A stretch of 64,000 nt of DNA from an uncultured delta proteobacterium (GTDB lineage Bacteria > Myxococcota_A > UBA9160 > UBA4427), in the NCBI GenBank assembly GCA_963822965.1, contig CAWGJT010000011.1:64001-128000 (forward strand), in the 5' to 3' direction. The translations under genes were made by a program, and so were the position numbers. This document shows, piece after piece, positions 40,335 to 50,864 of the stretch (position 1 is its first letter; every line of letters starts with the position of its first letter). Below the pieces are notes generated by a model. That model saw nothing but the letters and a program-made list of their open reading frames with translations. It searched no databases and had not been told where the DNA came from.

Positions 40335-40655
40335 GTGTGGCTCGCCGAGCAGCCGCGTCGGATCTTCGCCTACACGGAGCCCACCGACATGCGCAAGTCG
40401 TTCCAGGGGCTGCTGGCGTTGGTGCAGCAGGTCTTCCGAAGCGAGGATCCGTACGCGGGCAGCCTGTTCGTCTTCGTGAACCGGCGCGGCAACTACGTGA
40501 AAATCCTCGCCTGGGACCGGACGGGCTTCGTGCTGTTCGCGAAGAAGCTCGAGCGAGGGCGCTTCGTGTTCCCGGGCCAGGCGGCGTCGCAGGAGATCTC
40601 GGATCGGTCCCTTCGCTTCATCTTGGACGGGATCCCTCTTGGAACGAGACGTTAG
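40335..40655 (+). CDS. tnpB: IS66 accessory protein TnpB
   Basis: PTDMRKSFQGL, LFVFVNRR, KILAWDRTGF, KKLERGRF. Confidence 0.93.
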   Translation: MWLAEQPRRIFAYTEPTDMRKSFQGLLALVQQVFRSEDPYAGSLFVFVNRRGNYVKILAWDRTGFVLFAKKLERGRFVFPGQAASQEISDRSLRFILDGIPLGTRR

Positions 40656-40673
40656 GTTCACTACTTTACGGTC

Positions 40674-42239
40674 GTGGCGCGCGAACAACTCGATCCTGTC
40701 GACCGTGAAGAGCTGATCGACCAGGTCCTCGCGTCGCACCGACGTGCCGAGGAAGAGCAAGCACGTCGCATCGAGGCCGAGCGCCAGCTCGCGTGGTTGA
40801 AGCAGCAGCTGTTCGGAGCCAAGTCCGAGCTCCGTGTTCCCACCGCCAACGACCCCGAGCAGCTCACACTCGGCCAGTCGCTCGAGCTGGACAGCGAGCC
40901 GCGGCCCGTCGAGCCCCACTCCGTGCGGGATCATCTGCGGCGCCCGCCCCAGATCAAGACCGACCGCGACGACAAGGGCCTTCGCTTCGACGCATCGGTG
41001 CCGGTCGAGACGATCGAGGTCCCCGCTCCCGAGCTCCTGGGCCCGGACGCGGATCAGTACCGCGTGATCGCCGAGAAGGAGACCTTCCGTCTCGCACAGC
41101 AGACCTGCACCTACAAGGTGCTTCGCTACGTACGACCCGTGGTGCAGCGCATCGAGGACAGAACGCTCTCGGGCCCGCTGGCTCCCGCCTCCGTCGTACC
41201 GGGCAGCTACGCCGACGTGAGCCTGCTTGCGGGGATGCTCGTCGACAAGTTCCGCTACCACCTGCCGCTCTATCGTCAGCACCAGCGGATGAAGGCCTGC
41301 GGGATCGCGGTGAGCCGCGCTTCGCTCTCGAACTGGGTGCACCAGGCGATCGACTTGCTCGAGCCTGTCTACGAAGCGCAGCTGGGCTCGATCCTGGCAA
41401 GCCGGGTCGTGGCGATGGACGAGACCCCGATCCGCGCCGGTCGCAAGGCCAAGGGCAAGATGCGAACCGGCTACTTCTGGCCGCTCTACGGAGATCGCGA
41501 CGAAGTGGCGTTCCCGTACGCGTCGTCGCGCTCGCACAAGCACGTCGAAGAGATCCTGGGAGCGTTCTCGGGGACGCTGCTCTCGGACGGCTATGCGGGC
41601 TACGCACGCTATGCCGCGCAGCGCGACGAGGTGGTCCACGCGCAGTGCTGGGTCCACGCGCGGCGCGGCTTCGTGCGGGCCGAGGACGTCGAGCCCCGAC
41701 GTTCGGCCGAGGCGCTCGACCGGATCGCTGCGCTCTATGCAGTGGAGGCGGAGATCGCGGGGCTCGAGGCAGAGGCGAAGCTCGCAGCGCGAGGCGCGCG
41801 GTGCCGACCGATCGTGGGGGAGCTGTTCGCGTGGCTCGAACGCGAGCTCACCGAATCGGCCCTACTGCCGACGAACGCGTTCACGAAGGCAGCGCACTAC
41901 GTGCTCGAGCGCCGGGCGGGCCTCGAGGTCTTCCTGGCCGACCCGGACGTGGCGCCGGATACGAACCATCTGGAGCGGGCGCTGCGCACGATCCCGATGG
42001 GGCGCAAGAACTGGCTCTTCTGCTGGACCGAGGTCGGGGCCGAGAAGGTCGGGATCGTGCAGAGCTTGATCTCCACGTGCGTGCTGCACGGCGTCGACCC
42101 CTCCACCTACCTGGTCGACGTGCTGCAACGGATCGACTCGCACCCGTTCGCTCGAGTCGACCAGCTCACTCCCAGGCTCTGGAAGGAACTCTTCGCCAAG
42201 GACCCCCTGCGTTCCGATCTCGATCGAGCCCCGCCGTAA
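40674..42239 (+). CDS. tnpC: IS66 transposase TnpC
   Basis: LFGAKSE, KFRYHLPLYRQ, DETP, SDGYAGY, CWVHARR, NHLERALR, GRKNWLF. Confidence 0.94.
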   Translation: MAREQLDPVDREELIDQVLASHRRAEEEQARRIEAERQLAWLKQQLFGAKSELRVPTANDPEQLTLGQSLELDSEPRPVEPHSVRDHLRRPPQIKTDRDDKGLRFDASVPVETIEVPAPELLGPDADQYRVIAEKETFRLAQQTCTYKVLRYVRPVVQRIEDRTLSGPLAPASVVPGSYADVSLLAGMLVDKFRYHLPLYRQHQRMKACGIAVSRASLSNWVHQAIDLLEPVYEAQLGSILASRVVAMDETPIRAGRKAKGKMRTGYFWPLYGDRDEVAFPYASSRSHKHVEEILGAFSGTLLSDGYAGYARYAAQRDEVVHAQCWVHARRGFVRAEDVEPRRSAEALDRIAALYAVEAEIAGLEAEAKLAARGARCRPIVGELFAWLERELTESALLPTNAFTKAAHYVLERRAGLEVFLADPDVAPDTNHLERALRTIPMGRKNWLFCWTEVGAEKVGIVQSLISTCVLHGVDPSTYLVDVLQRIDSHPFARVDQLTPRLWKELFAKDPLRSDLDRAPP

Positions 42240-42285
42240 GCAAGGACGCCGCAGGCTGACCGCTTACGCCTTTGCTGAAAGCTTG

Positions 42286-42385
42286 CCCGATGTAGCGTTC
42301 CATCGGTGCCTCCTCTCGTTGGGGGTTGTCGTGCTTCCAATTCGAGGATGTCCAACGGGGGCGGGAGGCACCAACCCATCTGATC
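42286..42385 (-). mobile_element. Possible IS110-family left-end remnant
   Basis: GAGAGGAGG RBS, then MERYIG (IS110-like start), which breaks off 18 bp before the IS66 end. Confidence 0.3.
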
Positions 42386-42477
42386 TCAGGGGCTTACGTC
42401 GTTGGCTGCAGACGCCATCCGCTTGTGATGCTTGTCCTCAGTGTCTTCACAAGAGCACCCCCTGAACGGGAGTCGAG

Positions 42478-43236
42478 ATGCCCCCTTCCCCTCGAGCACT
42501 TCCCCCGGCGTTGGTGGTCTTCGGCGGCACTGGCTTCGTGGGCACGGCCGTGTTGGCGGAGGCCCTGTTGCAGGACGAGGACCTTCAGATCTTCGCGGTG
42601 AGTCGAGCGGGAGTCGCGCCCGCGTGGCTCTCGGACGAGCCGGTGTACCAGACCACCCGACTCCGCTTCGTGAGCGGGGACCTGCTGGCGCCGCAGACCG
42701 TTCGCGACGCGCTGCGCGCCGTGACGCCGGGACACGACATCGTGGGGTGCATCTCGTGCGTGGGGGCGATCACGCCGTGGTCGCAGACGAACATGGTGCG
42801 GACCTGCGGCGACGCGAACATCAACGCGTACACCATCAGCAGGGAGATCGGTGCCGCCCGGTTCGCCGTGATGACGCGGGACCGGTCGAACATGGACGAC
42901 TGGTGGTATCCCTTCCCGCACCTGCTCCCGGGCTACTACGAGGGCAAGCGCAAGATCGAGGAGTTCGTGGAGCGCGACGTCGAGAACGCCGGCAACGCGA
43001 TCTGCCTCCGCGCGGGGTTCGTCGTCGGGACGAGAAGGACTCTGCCCGGACTGCCCACGTCGCTGAGGATCGCGGTGCCGCTGGACGGCTTGTACAAGCT
43101 GGTGGAGCGGCTGTGCCCGACGATCGGCGTGGAGGAGCTGGCGGCGGCGGCCGTGAGGTTCGTGCTGTCGGAGAGAAAGGCGGAGACGGTGCTGGTGCCG
43201 AACGACGCGATACCAGACTATTTCAAAGAGCCTTGA
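42478..43236 (+). CDS. NAD(P)H-binding epimerase-like protein
   Basis: VFGGTGFVG, GDLL, SCVG, GYYEGKR. Confidence 0.8.
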   Translation: MPPSPRALPPALVVFGGTGFVGTAVLAEALLQDEDLQIFAVSRAGVAPAWLSDEPVYQTTRLRFVSGDLLAPQTVRDALRAVTPGHDIVGCISCVGAITPWSQTNMVRTCGDANINAYTISREIGAARFAVMTRDRSNMDDWWYPFPHLLPGYYEGKRKIEEFVERDVENAGNAICLRAGFVVGTRRTLPGLPTSLRIAVPLDGLYKLVERLCPTIGVEELAAAAVRFVLSERKAETVLVPNDAIPDYFKEP

Positions 43237-43466
43237 GACGGCGACGAGCTGCTTCGACGAGACGAGACGAACGCCCGGCTCGATGTGCTCCGCGAGCGCT
43301 TGGCCGATCGCTTGCGCTCCCGCGGGGTGAGGCCGATCGGCGCTCTCCTGCTTCGACGCGCTGCGTCGTCGGTGCGATGGCTGTACTTCGGTCTTGACTT
43401 CGACCCCCGATGCAGTGTGGAGTCGGGGGAGCCGGCCTGACGGAGAGGGCGGGTGGAGGAGGAGTC

Positions 43467-45416
43467 ATGAAGATTCGAACCGCGTCGCTCGTCGTTCTCG
43501 CTCTCGCCCTCGCCGGCTTCTTCTTCCCCAGGGGATGCGGGCCCGGCATCGTGCTCGCCGGCGCGGCATCGCGATCCGTGCTGCCCCTCGTCGACGGCAG
43601 CCTCGACTACCTCGACGCCGGGTTCCCGGATCGCCAGGACCCGACCGACCCCGGCATCGTCGTGCCCGCCTGGGACGACGGCCGCATCGCGGTGGGCAAC
43701 GGCGACAGCTTCTCGGCGTGGGTCCACGACGACCTGCGGGTGACGGCCCTGGCCATCGACGATCCGTTCAGCGAGGACCTGGTCGTGATCGTGGCGAGCG
43801 ATCTCTACATGATCTTCCGCACCGACGGCGACGAGATCCGCGCCAAGGCGGCGGCCCAGCTGCCCTCCCGGCTGGCCGATCGCATGCGCGTCGTCATCAG
43901 CGCCAACCACAACCACCACGGGCCGGACACCGCCTTCGACGTCAATCATTCGTGGTACGAGCACATGACCGACCAGGCCGCAGCCGCCGTGGTGGAGGCG
44001 GTGCAGTCGCGCCGGCTCGCGCGGCTGCGCGTGGCCGCCGGCGAGCACTGGTTCGGCATGAACGACAGCACCGATCCGCAGATCTTCGACCCGCGGCTGA
44101 ACGCCCTGCAGGTGGTGGACCTGCGCGGTGACGTGATCGCCACCGCCGTGCAGTGGAACAACCATCCCGAGGGCACCCTGGGCTACCACCCGCCGCAGTC
44201 GGCGATCGCCGACGACTGCGTGGTGCTCGGCCTCTCCGGCGGCGACTGCGACGCCGAAGGCCGCTACTTCACGGCCGACTACCCGGGCGTGCTGCGTGAA
44301 GACCTCCAGGCCCGCTACGGCGGCGAGGTGCTCTACATGAACGGAGCCCTCGGCGTGCTGATCGGGCCCGGCGGCGCGCAGGTCTGGGAGGTGACCGAGG
44401 ACCATCCGCTGGGCAACCAGCTGGTGGCGCCTGCCGGCGCCGAGCCGGCCGGGGGCGGCAGCGACTACACGGCCCGCAACTTCCGCCGCACCGCCGTGGT
44501 GGGCGAGCAGCTGGCGCTGGCGGTCGAGCGCATCCTCGACGACGCCGAGCGGATCGCGAAGCCGCGGGTCTCGTACGCGGTGGAGCCGTTCTACACGCGG
44601 CTCAGCAACATCGGCTTCCGCTTCCTGCTCGTGGTCGATCCGAACACGGGCTTCACCGCGCTCGGCCACAACGTTGCGGAGATCTACACCTGCGACCTCC
44701 CCGCCAGCGATGCCACCTGCACGCCGGACGGGGGCGCCGACGAGCCGGACCCGTTGCTCGGATCGATCCGCGTGGGCGACCACCTGCGCAGCGCGGTCGA
44801 GTACGTGAAGATCGGGCCGGTGGGCATGATGTTCATGCCCGGGGAGATGCCGGGCGAGCTGACCGCCGGCCTGCCCTCGGGATTCCGGTCGCACCCGGAG
44901 GACTGGTACGAGGAGCCGCCGGGCCGACACGCCTTCGGCGCGGACTACACCATCCCGGGCTACACGGCGAACCGCATGGACGACGCCTACCGCTGGACGA
45001 TCGGCCTGGGCAGCGACGAGCTCGGCTACTTCATCCCGATCTCGAACTTCCGGGTGCTGTGCGTCGCGGACCAGCTCGCCGGGCCCGGCGCCTGCCAGCA
45101 GCTGTACGACTTCGGCGTCATCGACTTCCCCGACTCCGTCGCCGGCAGCACCTGCAAGGCCATCACCGAGGACCCCTCGCTGCTGGGCAACTACCCGCCG
45201 GACGCCGCGACTGCGCTGGCCGCCAGCTGCCGCTACGGGCAGGCCCTGGGAGAGGCCGACGGACACTACGAGGAGACGAACGCGGCCGGCTGGGACATGG
45301 CCCAGGACATGATGACCGCCGTGGGCGCCATCACCGGCAACGACGACCCGACCGAGGTGAACCCCGACTTCCCCGGCTGGTGGCAGGGCTACCTGCCGCC
45401 GGGCGACCTGCCGTAG
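43467..45416 (+). CDS. Secreted neutral/alkaline ceramidase-like hydrolase
   Basis: Signal peptide, HDDL..ALAI, ANHNHHGPDT, NHPE, TADYPG, PGE, DELGY, HYEET. Confidence 0.72.
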   Translation: MKIRTASLVVLALALAGFFFPRGCGPGIVLAGAASRSVLPLVDGSLDYLDAGFPDRQDPTDPGIVVPAWDDGRIAVGNGDSFSAWVHDDLRVTALAIDDPFSEDLVVIVASDLYMIFRTDGDEIRAKAAAQLPSRLADRMRVVISANHNHHGPDTAFDVNHSWYEHMTDQAAAAVVEAVQSRRLARLRVAAGEHWFGMNDSTDPQIFDPRLNALQVVDLRGDVIATAVQWNNHPEGTLGYHPPQSAIADDCVVLGLSGGDCDAEGRYFTADYPGVLREDLQARYGGEVLYMNGALGVLIGPGGAQVWEVTEDHPLGNQLVAPAGAEPAGGGSDYTARNFRRTAVVGEQLALAVERILDDAERIAKPRVSYAVEPFYTRLSNIGFRFLLVVDPNTGFTALGHNVAEIYTCDLPASDATCTPDGGADEPDPLLGSIRVGDHLRSAVEYVKIGPVGMMFMPGEMPGELTAGLPSGFRSHPEDWYEEPPGRHAFGADYTIPGYTANRMDDAYRWTIGLGSDELGYFIPISNFRVLCVADQLAGPGACQQLYDFGVIDFPDSVAGSTCKAITEDPSLLGNYPPDAATALAASCRYGQALGEADGHYEETNAAGWDMAQDMMTAVGAITGNDDPTEVNPDFPGWWQGYLPPGDLP

Positions 45417-45446
45417 GGGGAGCACCACCCTGCGGCGTGGTCCGAC

Positions 45447-45821
45447 ATGAGCGACGACCCCGACTCGATCGCATCGGCGTTCTTCGCCGCGATCGAGCGG
45501 GGCGACCTGGACGCAGTTCGCGACCTGTACGCCCCCGACGCGCAGATCTGGCACAACGTCACGGGTCGGTCGCAGACGCGTGAGGAGAATCTGGATCTCC
45601 TCCGATACTTCACCGGACGGGTCGGCGAGCGCCGGTACGAGGTGCTCGCACGCGAGCACTTCCCGGGAGGCTTCGTGCAGCGACACGTCCTCCATGGGAA
45701 GCTGGCGTCGGGCGAAGCCATCGCCGCACCGGTCTGCCTCGTCGTTCACGTGTCCGGCGGTCGGATCGAGCGTCTCTTCGAGTACCTCGACTCCCGGCAC
45801 GTCCGTGGCGCCTTCACCTAG
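45447..45821 (+). CDS. SnoaL/NTF2-like protein
   Basis: FFAAIERGD, YAPDAQIWHN, GRIERLFEYLD. Confidence 0.85.
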   Translation: MSDDPDSIASAFFAAIERGDLDAVRDLYAPDAQIWHNVTGRSQTREENLDLLRYFTGRVGERRYEVLAREHFPGGFVQRHVLHGKLASGEAIAAPVCLVVHVSGGRIERLFEYLDSRHVRGAFT

Positions 45822-45870
45822 GCCATCGGATGCGTCGCTCGAGGAACACGCATCCGGCTGAGGGTCGCTG

Positions 45871-45999
45871 CTACGGCGCGTCTGCTGCATCGGCGAACGG
45901 GTCGCGAATCCGCAACCCCTCGAGCTTCCGGAAGTCGCGGTCGTGAGTCCAGAGAGTGGTCACCCCGTGCTGGAGCAACAGTGCGGTGATGTGCGCGTA
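45871..45999 (-). pseudogene. C-terminal fragment of a PIN/VapC toxin
   Basis: AHITALLLQHGVTTLWTHDRDFRKLEGLRIRDPF; no N-terminus or antitoxin. Confidence 0.75.
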
Positions 46000-46151
46000 C
46001 GGGCCAGGGCAGGCAGCAGAGCTCGGGCCCCTTGGCGCACCGGTCGATGGCAGCCACCCGAGCAGACCGAGCGGCGTTGTCCAGCTGGAGCGAGAGCTGC
46101 CCGGCTCTCTGTACCGCACTCGGCGCTCTGGGGTGGTCAGCCTCTTTCGTC

Positions 46152-47786
46152 TCATTCCGCGCCGGATAGATGCTCCTGGAACGTACGCACGGCCGCGTCG
46201 CTGCCGCACACGTAGACCTGGTCGGTCTCCTCGAAGGCGAACTCAGGGGAGAACTCCACCAGCAGGTCGTCGCCCCGCTCGACCGCCACGATGGAGCATC
46301 CGGTGCGATCGCGGATCGAGGTCTCCGCCGGGTGGCGCCCGATCAGCCCGTTGGGCGAGGTCTTCAGCACCTTCAAGGCCACGTCGATGGTGACGGCCTC
46401 CTCTCCGAGCAGCCTGCGCGCGAGCAGCTGACCGGCCACGTGGCTGAGCGAGAGGGCGAAGTCTGCGCCCGCCTGGTACATGCGCTCCACGTTCCGCGGG
46501 TGGCTGACGCGCGCGATCACCGGCACGTCGGGCGCCATGTCCTTCACGATCACGGTGGCGAAGAGCGTGGCCTCGTCGGTATCGAGGGCCAGCACGATCA
46601 CGCGCGCCCGCGCGACCTCGGCGCGCAGCAGCAGCTCGCGGTCGAGCACGTTGCCGGTGAGCGTGACGCCCGGTTGCTCGTTGCGGTCGAGGCTCACCAC
46701 CAGCTCACCGGCGTCCCCGACCAGCTCGGCCACCTTGCGACCCACCTCGCCGAAGCCCGCGATCAGGATGGGACCCTTGCGCGGCAGCCGGCTCGCCCCC
46801 TCCGCGAGGTTCTCCAGGCGGGCGAGGCTCTCCTCGCTGCCCGCCGCCACCAGGATGCCGCGCGGCTCGAGCCGCATCTCCGCGGTCGGCTCGGCGAGCA
46901 GGCGACCGTTCACCCACTGGCCGATCACCGTGACGCCCGTGCGCTCGCCGATGCGCGCGGCGGCGAGCGTCCTGCCCGCGAGCGGGCTGTCCTCGAGGAT
47001 GCGCACCTCGCCGATCTGGAGCTTGGCGCCGAGCTGCTGCACGCCGGAGACGCGCGGGCTGATGCGATCGCTCGCGCGAGCGGCCAGCGCGGCGGCGAGC
47101 AGGTGCCTTGGCGTGAACACGGCGGTCGCGCCCGCCAGCGATAGCGGAGCCCGGTGGAACGGATCCTCGGCGATGGCCAGGATGTCCCCCGTGAATCCCT
47201 CCTGACGGGCGCTCAGCAGCAGCGCCGCGTTCTCCTCGTCCGAGCCGTTCGCGACCAGGGCGCGCGCGCCATCGAGCGGGACCGCGGCCAACGGATCCGC
47301 CCCCTCCGGGCACCAGACCACGTTGACGCCCCGCTCGACCAGCGAGCGCGCGACGGCCTCGTCCTCCTCGATCACCACGTAGGGAACGCTGTTCTGGTCC
47401 AGCTGCCCGAGCAACGACTCCACCGCGGGTCCGTGCCGGTAGATCACGACGTGGCCGGCTGCCTTGTCGAAGCTTCGCGGCAGCCGCGCCTCGAAGCGCT
47501 GCTCGAGGAAGGGCAGCAGGACGATCGGCAGCAGCAGGAAGACGAGCAGGACCCCCGCGAACTGGATCCCGATCACGAACAGAACCATCACCGGATGCGT
47601 CCAGCCCGCATCCTTTCCGTAGCCCGTCGTGGTGAGCGTCTCTCCGGCCCACTCGAGCGCCGACCAGAAGTCGCGCGGCTTGCCCTCGAGGTGATCCATG
47701 CCCAGCTGATAGAGCAGCGCCGACAGCAGCAGCAGCGCGAGCAGCCCCGCCGCGAGGATCAGGAGCGGTCGACTCCGCGAATGCAT
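46152..47786 (-). CDS. Potassium channel protein with TrkA-N/TrkA-C domains
   Basis: TLTTTGYG selectivity filter; RCK domains (AGFGEVG). Confidence 0.9.
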   Translation of the reverse strand: MHSRSRPLLILAAGLLALLLLSALLYQLGMDHLEGKPRDFWSALEWAGETLTTTGYGKDAGWTHPVMVLFVIGIQFAGVLLVFLLLPIVLLPFLEQRFEARLPRSFDKAAGHVVIYRHGPAVESLLGQLDQNSVPYVVIEEDEAVARSLVERGVNVVWCPEGADPLAAVPLDGARALVANGSDEENAALLLSARQEGFTGDILAIAEDPFHRAPLSLAGATAVFTPRHLLAAALAARASDRISPRVSGVQQLGAKLQIGEVRILEDSPLAGRTLAAARIGERTGVTVIGQWVNGRLLAEPTAEMRLEPRGILVAAGSEESLARLENLAEGASRLPRKGPILIAGFGEVGRKVAELVGDAGELVVSLDRNEQPGVTLTGNVLDRELLLRAEVARARVIVLALDTDEATLFATVIVKDMAPDVPVIARVSHPRNVERMYQAGADFALSLSHVAGQLLARRLLGEEAVTIDVALKVLKTSPNGLIGRHPAETSIRDRTGCSIVAVERGDDLLVEFSPEFAFEETDQVYVCGSDAAVRTFQEHLSGAE

Positions 47787-47923
47787 GGCGCGCAGTGTAA
47801 CGGCACGCCGGCTCGCCGGTCAGAAGCGCGAGGACCCGCCGCCGGCCGGATTCCTTCCCCAGTCCCACTCTGATAGGGTGGTGTCTCCAGCCAGCAGCCA
47901 GCCAGCCAGGCGGAGGGGTCCAG

Positions 47924-49518
47924 ATGGTGTCGTCCAGGTTTGCCGCCCGCCTTCCGCGTGTCTGCGCGGCCTTCGCGTCACCCGGGCGGGCCTGGCCCTC
48001 GGAATCCTGGCCCTCGGAATCCTGGTGGGCAGCAGCGCCGGCGCGGCCGTGCTCTACGGGGTCTCCTGGAACGCCTCGGGGCTGTACCAGATCGACACCG
48101 CCACCGGCGCCGCCACGCTGGTGGGGTCGACCGGCCAGGTCGATCTCGGCGGCCTCGCCTTCGACGACAGCGGTGCGCTCTACGCGTTCAAAGGATCGAG
48201 CACCAACATCGGCTTCTACTCGGTAGATCCGGGCACCGGGGCGGCCACGCTGATCGGTCTGACCGCGCTCCAGGGTGGCGAAGGGGCCCTCGTCTGGGAC
48301 CCGGTGGACGGCGTGTTCTACAGCCGGGCGAACGCGGGAGGGAGCGGCGGCGGCCTCACCATGGAGCTGGCGTCGATCGACCCGGGCACCGGCGTGGGCA
48401 CCTCCATCGGGAACATGGGCCTCAACGTCGAGGCCGACATCAGCGGCATGGCGCTGCTGCCCGACGGCACGCTGATCGGTTTCGACTCGCAGTCCGCGCT
48501 GCCCAGCCAGATGGTGCAGATCGACAAGGGCACGGGCGCCGCCAGCGTCATCGGCCCGACCGGCGAGAGCGTGCTCTCCAGCCTCGGCGGGCTCGCCGTC
48601 GATCCCGATACCGGCATCGTGTACATGAGCAACGGCTTCAGCCTGTTCAGCGTCGATCCCGGAACCGGAGCGGCCACGGAGATCGGCGCCCACGGAGAGA
48701 TCATCACCGGCCTCTCCTTCCAGACCACGCCCGCGCCCGCCCCCACCTGCCTGCTCGCCCTCGACGAGACGAGCACGCTGTTCGACGTCGACCCGACCGA
48801 CGGCTCGGTGAGCAACCTGCGGCCGATGGGCGTCGACCAGCTCGGATCCCTCGTCCGCTCGCCGGGAGGCACGCTCTATGCTCTGCGCTCCTCGCTCACA
48901 GGCGAGCTGTACACCGCCGACGTCGCCACCGGCGCCGCCACCCTGGTGGGGCCGACCGGGCTCACCCTGCGCGAAGGCGGACTCGACTTCGATCCGCTGT
49001 CGAGCCAGCTCTACGGCATCAACGCCGCCAGCGCCGGGTTGCTCTTCACCCTGGACACCGGCACCGGCGCGGCCACGCCGGTCGGCGTCGTGCTCGACGA
49101 GTTCGGCGCGGGGATCGACGCGTCGGCGCTGGCGTTCGACACTGCGGGCACCCTCTACGTGATGAAGAGCCAGCCCGCTCCCGAGATCTATCGGGTCAAC
49201 CCGACGGACGCGAGCGTCTTCGACCGGGTGCCGATCCCCGCCTTTCCGACGGGCGTCGGCCCCGTCGGCATGGAGTTCGACGACGCCACCGGCACCCTCT
49301 ACCTGAGCATCGACTCCCAGCTCGTCACGCTGGACCCGGCGACCGGCGCCACGACGTTGCTGGGCCCCACGCCCGCTACGTCGGGCCTCGAGGTCGTCGG
49401 CCCGTGCGCCAGCCTCTCGCCCGTCGCCGTGCCTGCCGCTGGGCCGTGGGCGCTGCTCGCCCTGGTGTTGGGGCTCACCGCCGGCGCCGGTGCGCTGCGC
49501 CCGCGCCGCCGCGCCTGA
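47924..49518 (+). CDS. Secreted double beta-propeller protein with IPTL/PEP-CTERM-like tail; start uncertain
   Basis: Repeated D..TGAAT.(I/V)G and GLAFD motifs; tail AVPAAGPWALLALVLGL..RPRRRA; the RBS-preceded ATG 47924 is out of frame with the main ORF, which is open from 47785. Confidence 0.75.
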
Positions 49519-49530
49519 ACGCGGCCGCCC

Positions 49531-49713
49531 GCGCTGCGGCGATTCGTGGGCCTGACCCAGGCCGACTTCGCCCGGGCGATCGAGATCAGCGTACACACGC
49601 TGCGCAACTGGGAGCAGGGGCGCCGCCGACCCGAGGGGCCCGCGATCGCATTGCTGCGAATCGCGGCACGACATCCGCGGATCATCCGCGAGAACCTGAG
49701 ATCCGCTGCCTGA
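49531..49713 (+). pseudogene. HigA/XRE HTH antitoxin fragment, 5'-truncated
   Basis: LRRFVGLTQADFARAIEISVHTLRNWEQGRRRPEGPAIALLRI; in-frame stop upstream and no ATG/RBS. Confidence 0.75.
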
Positions 49714-50247
49714 AGTGGGCCCAGCGGGTCGTAGGCTCCGACTTCGAGACCGTGGCCCGCCGGTGCGACGGAGCGTAGGACCCACTCTTCGGTGTCGCTC
49801 GACTGCGGGTCGGGGCGCCCGCCCGTGCGGATCTCGTCACCCTCTCGTTCGACGACAGCCCGGTGCGGCCCATCGACGGGCTGACGCTCTCCGGCGTCAC
49901 CTTCGACTACGAGATCGACGGGGTCGATTCCGACGCGGCGACCTACCCGGGCTACGATCCCCTCGTCCCCACCTTCCCCGCGCTGGTCGGTCCCCTCTCC
50001 CCCGGGCGCTCGTCGACTGCATCGCCGCGCCCGAAGGCACCGCCATCGAGTCGAGGGAGCCTTGTGGGGCGCCGACCATTTGTCGTGCGATATCAATGGG
50101 TTGGGTGAGCAGGATGCGGAGTGCGGCAAGCCGGCGTCCGGCGTCCGCACGCCGAGCTGAATCGGACGTTTGCGAGTGTCCCCAGGAGCCGCGGGACAGA
50201 TCGGAGGCAAGCAATCCGTACGGACGGCCGGGTGCTACGGTACGTAC

Positions 50248-50475
50248 ATGCCCAAGCGACTCACTCGGTCCGGAAACAGCCTCGCCCTCGTGATCGATCG
50301 TCCGTTGCTCGAGGCGCTCGCGATCGACGCGGACACCGAGCTCGAGCTCTCGACGGATGGCGATGTCCTCGTTGTGACCCCCGTGCGCGATCGCAAGCGC
50401 AAGAGGCGGACCGCTGACCTGGTGGCCGAGGCGCACGAGCAGTACGGCGGCGTCTTCCGCCGACTCGCGGAGTGA
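50248..50475 (+). CDS. AbrB/MazE-type antitoxin
   Basis: KRLTRSGNSLALVID; coupled to doc. Confidence 0.88.
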   Translation: MPKRLTRSGNSLALVIDRPLLEALAIDADTELELSTDGDVLVVTPVRDRKRKRRTADLVAEAHEQYGGVFRRLAE

Positions 50476-50864
50476 GCGAGCCCGAATTCCTGACCCTCGA
50501 CGAAGTGCTCGGGATCCACGCCGATCAGATGCGTGTGTATGGTGGCGCGAGCGGGCTTCGCGACCTCGAGCTGCTTCGCTCCGCGATCTCCATGCCCGAG
50601 ACGACCTTCGATGGCGAGTACTTGCATCCGAGCGTGTTCGAGATGGCGGCGGCCTATCTGTTCCACCTGGCGCGGAATCATCCGTTCGTCGATGGAAACA
50701 AGCGGACGGCGCTCATGTGCGCGTTGGTATTTCTCGGCTTGAACGGCGAGCATCTGCAAGCCGATCCGGACGAGCTGTACTCGTTGGTCGATGGAGTTGC
50801 GGCGGGCGAGGTCGACAAGGCGGAGGTTTCGGTGTTCCTCAGGCGCCACAGTGCGGATCGCTGA
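50472..50864 (+). CDS. doc: Doc (Fic-family) toxin
   Basis: GLRD..LL.SA, NHPFVDGNKRTA. Confidence 0.9.
   Translation: MSEPEFLTLDEVLGIHADQMRVYGGASGLRDLELLRSAISMPETTFDGEYLHPSVFEMAAAYLFHLARNHPFVDGNKRTALMCALVFLGLNGEHLQADPDELYSLVDGVAAGEVDKAEVSVFLRRHSADR

Larger units (their letters stand above)
39942..42267 (+). mobile_element. IS66-family element without target duplication
   Basis: Terminal IRs GTAAGCGGTCA / TGACCGCTTAC; tnpA-tnpB-tnpC; flanks ACGCGGCT vs GCCTTTGC differ. Confidence 0.92.

Noticed and set aside
47987..48030. 15-bp tandem duplication CCTGGCCCTCGGAAT
   Set aside because: In-frame slippage within a signal peptide (LALGI x2); no further structure.
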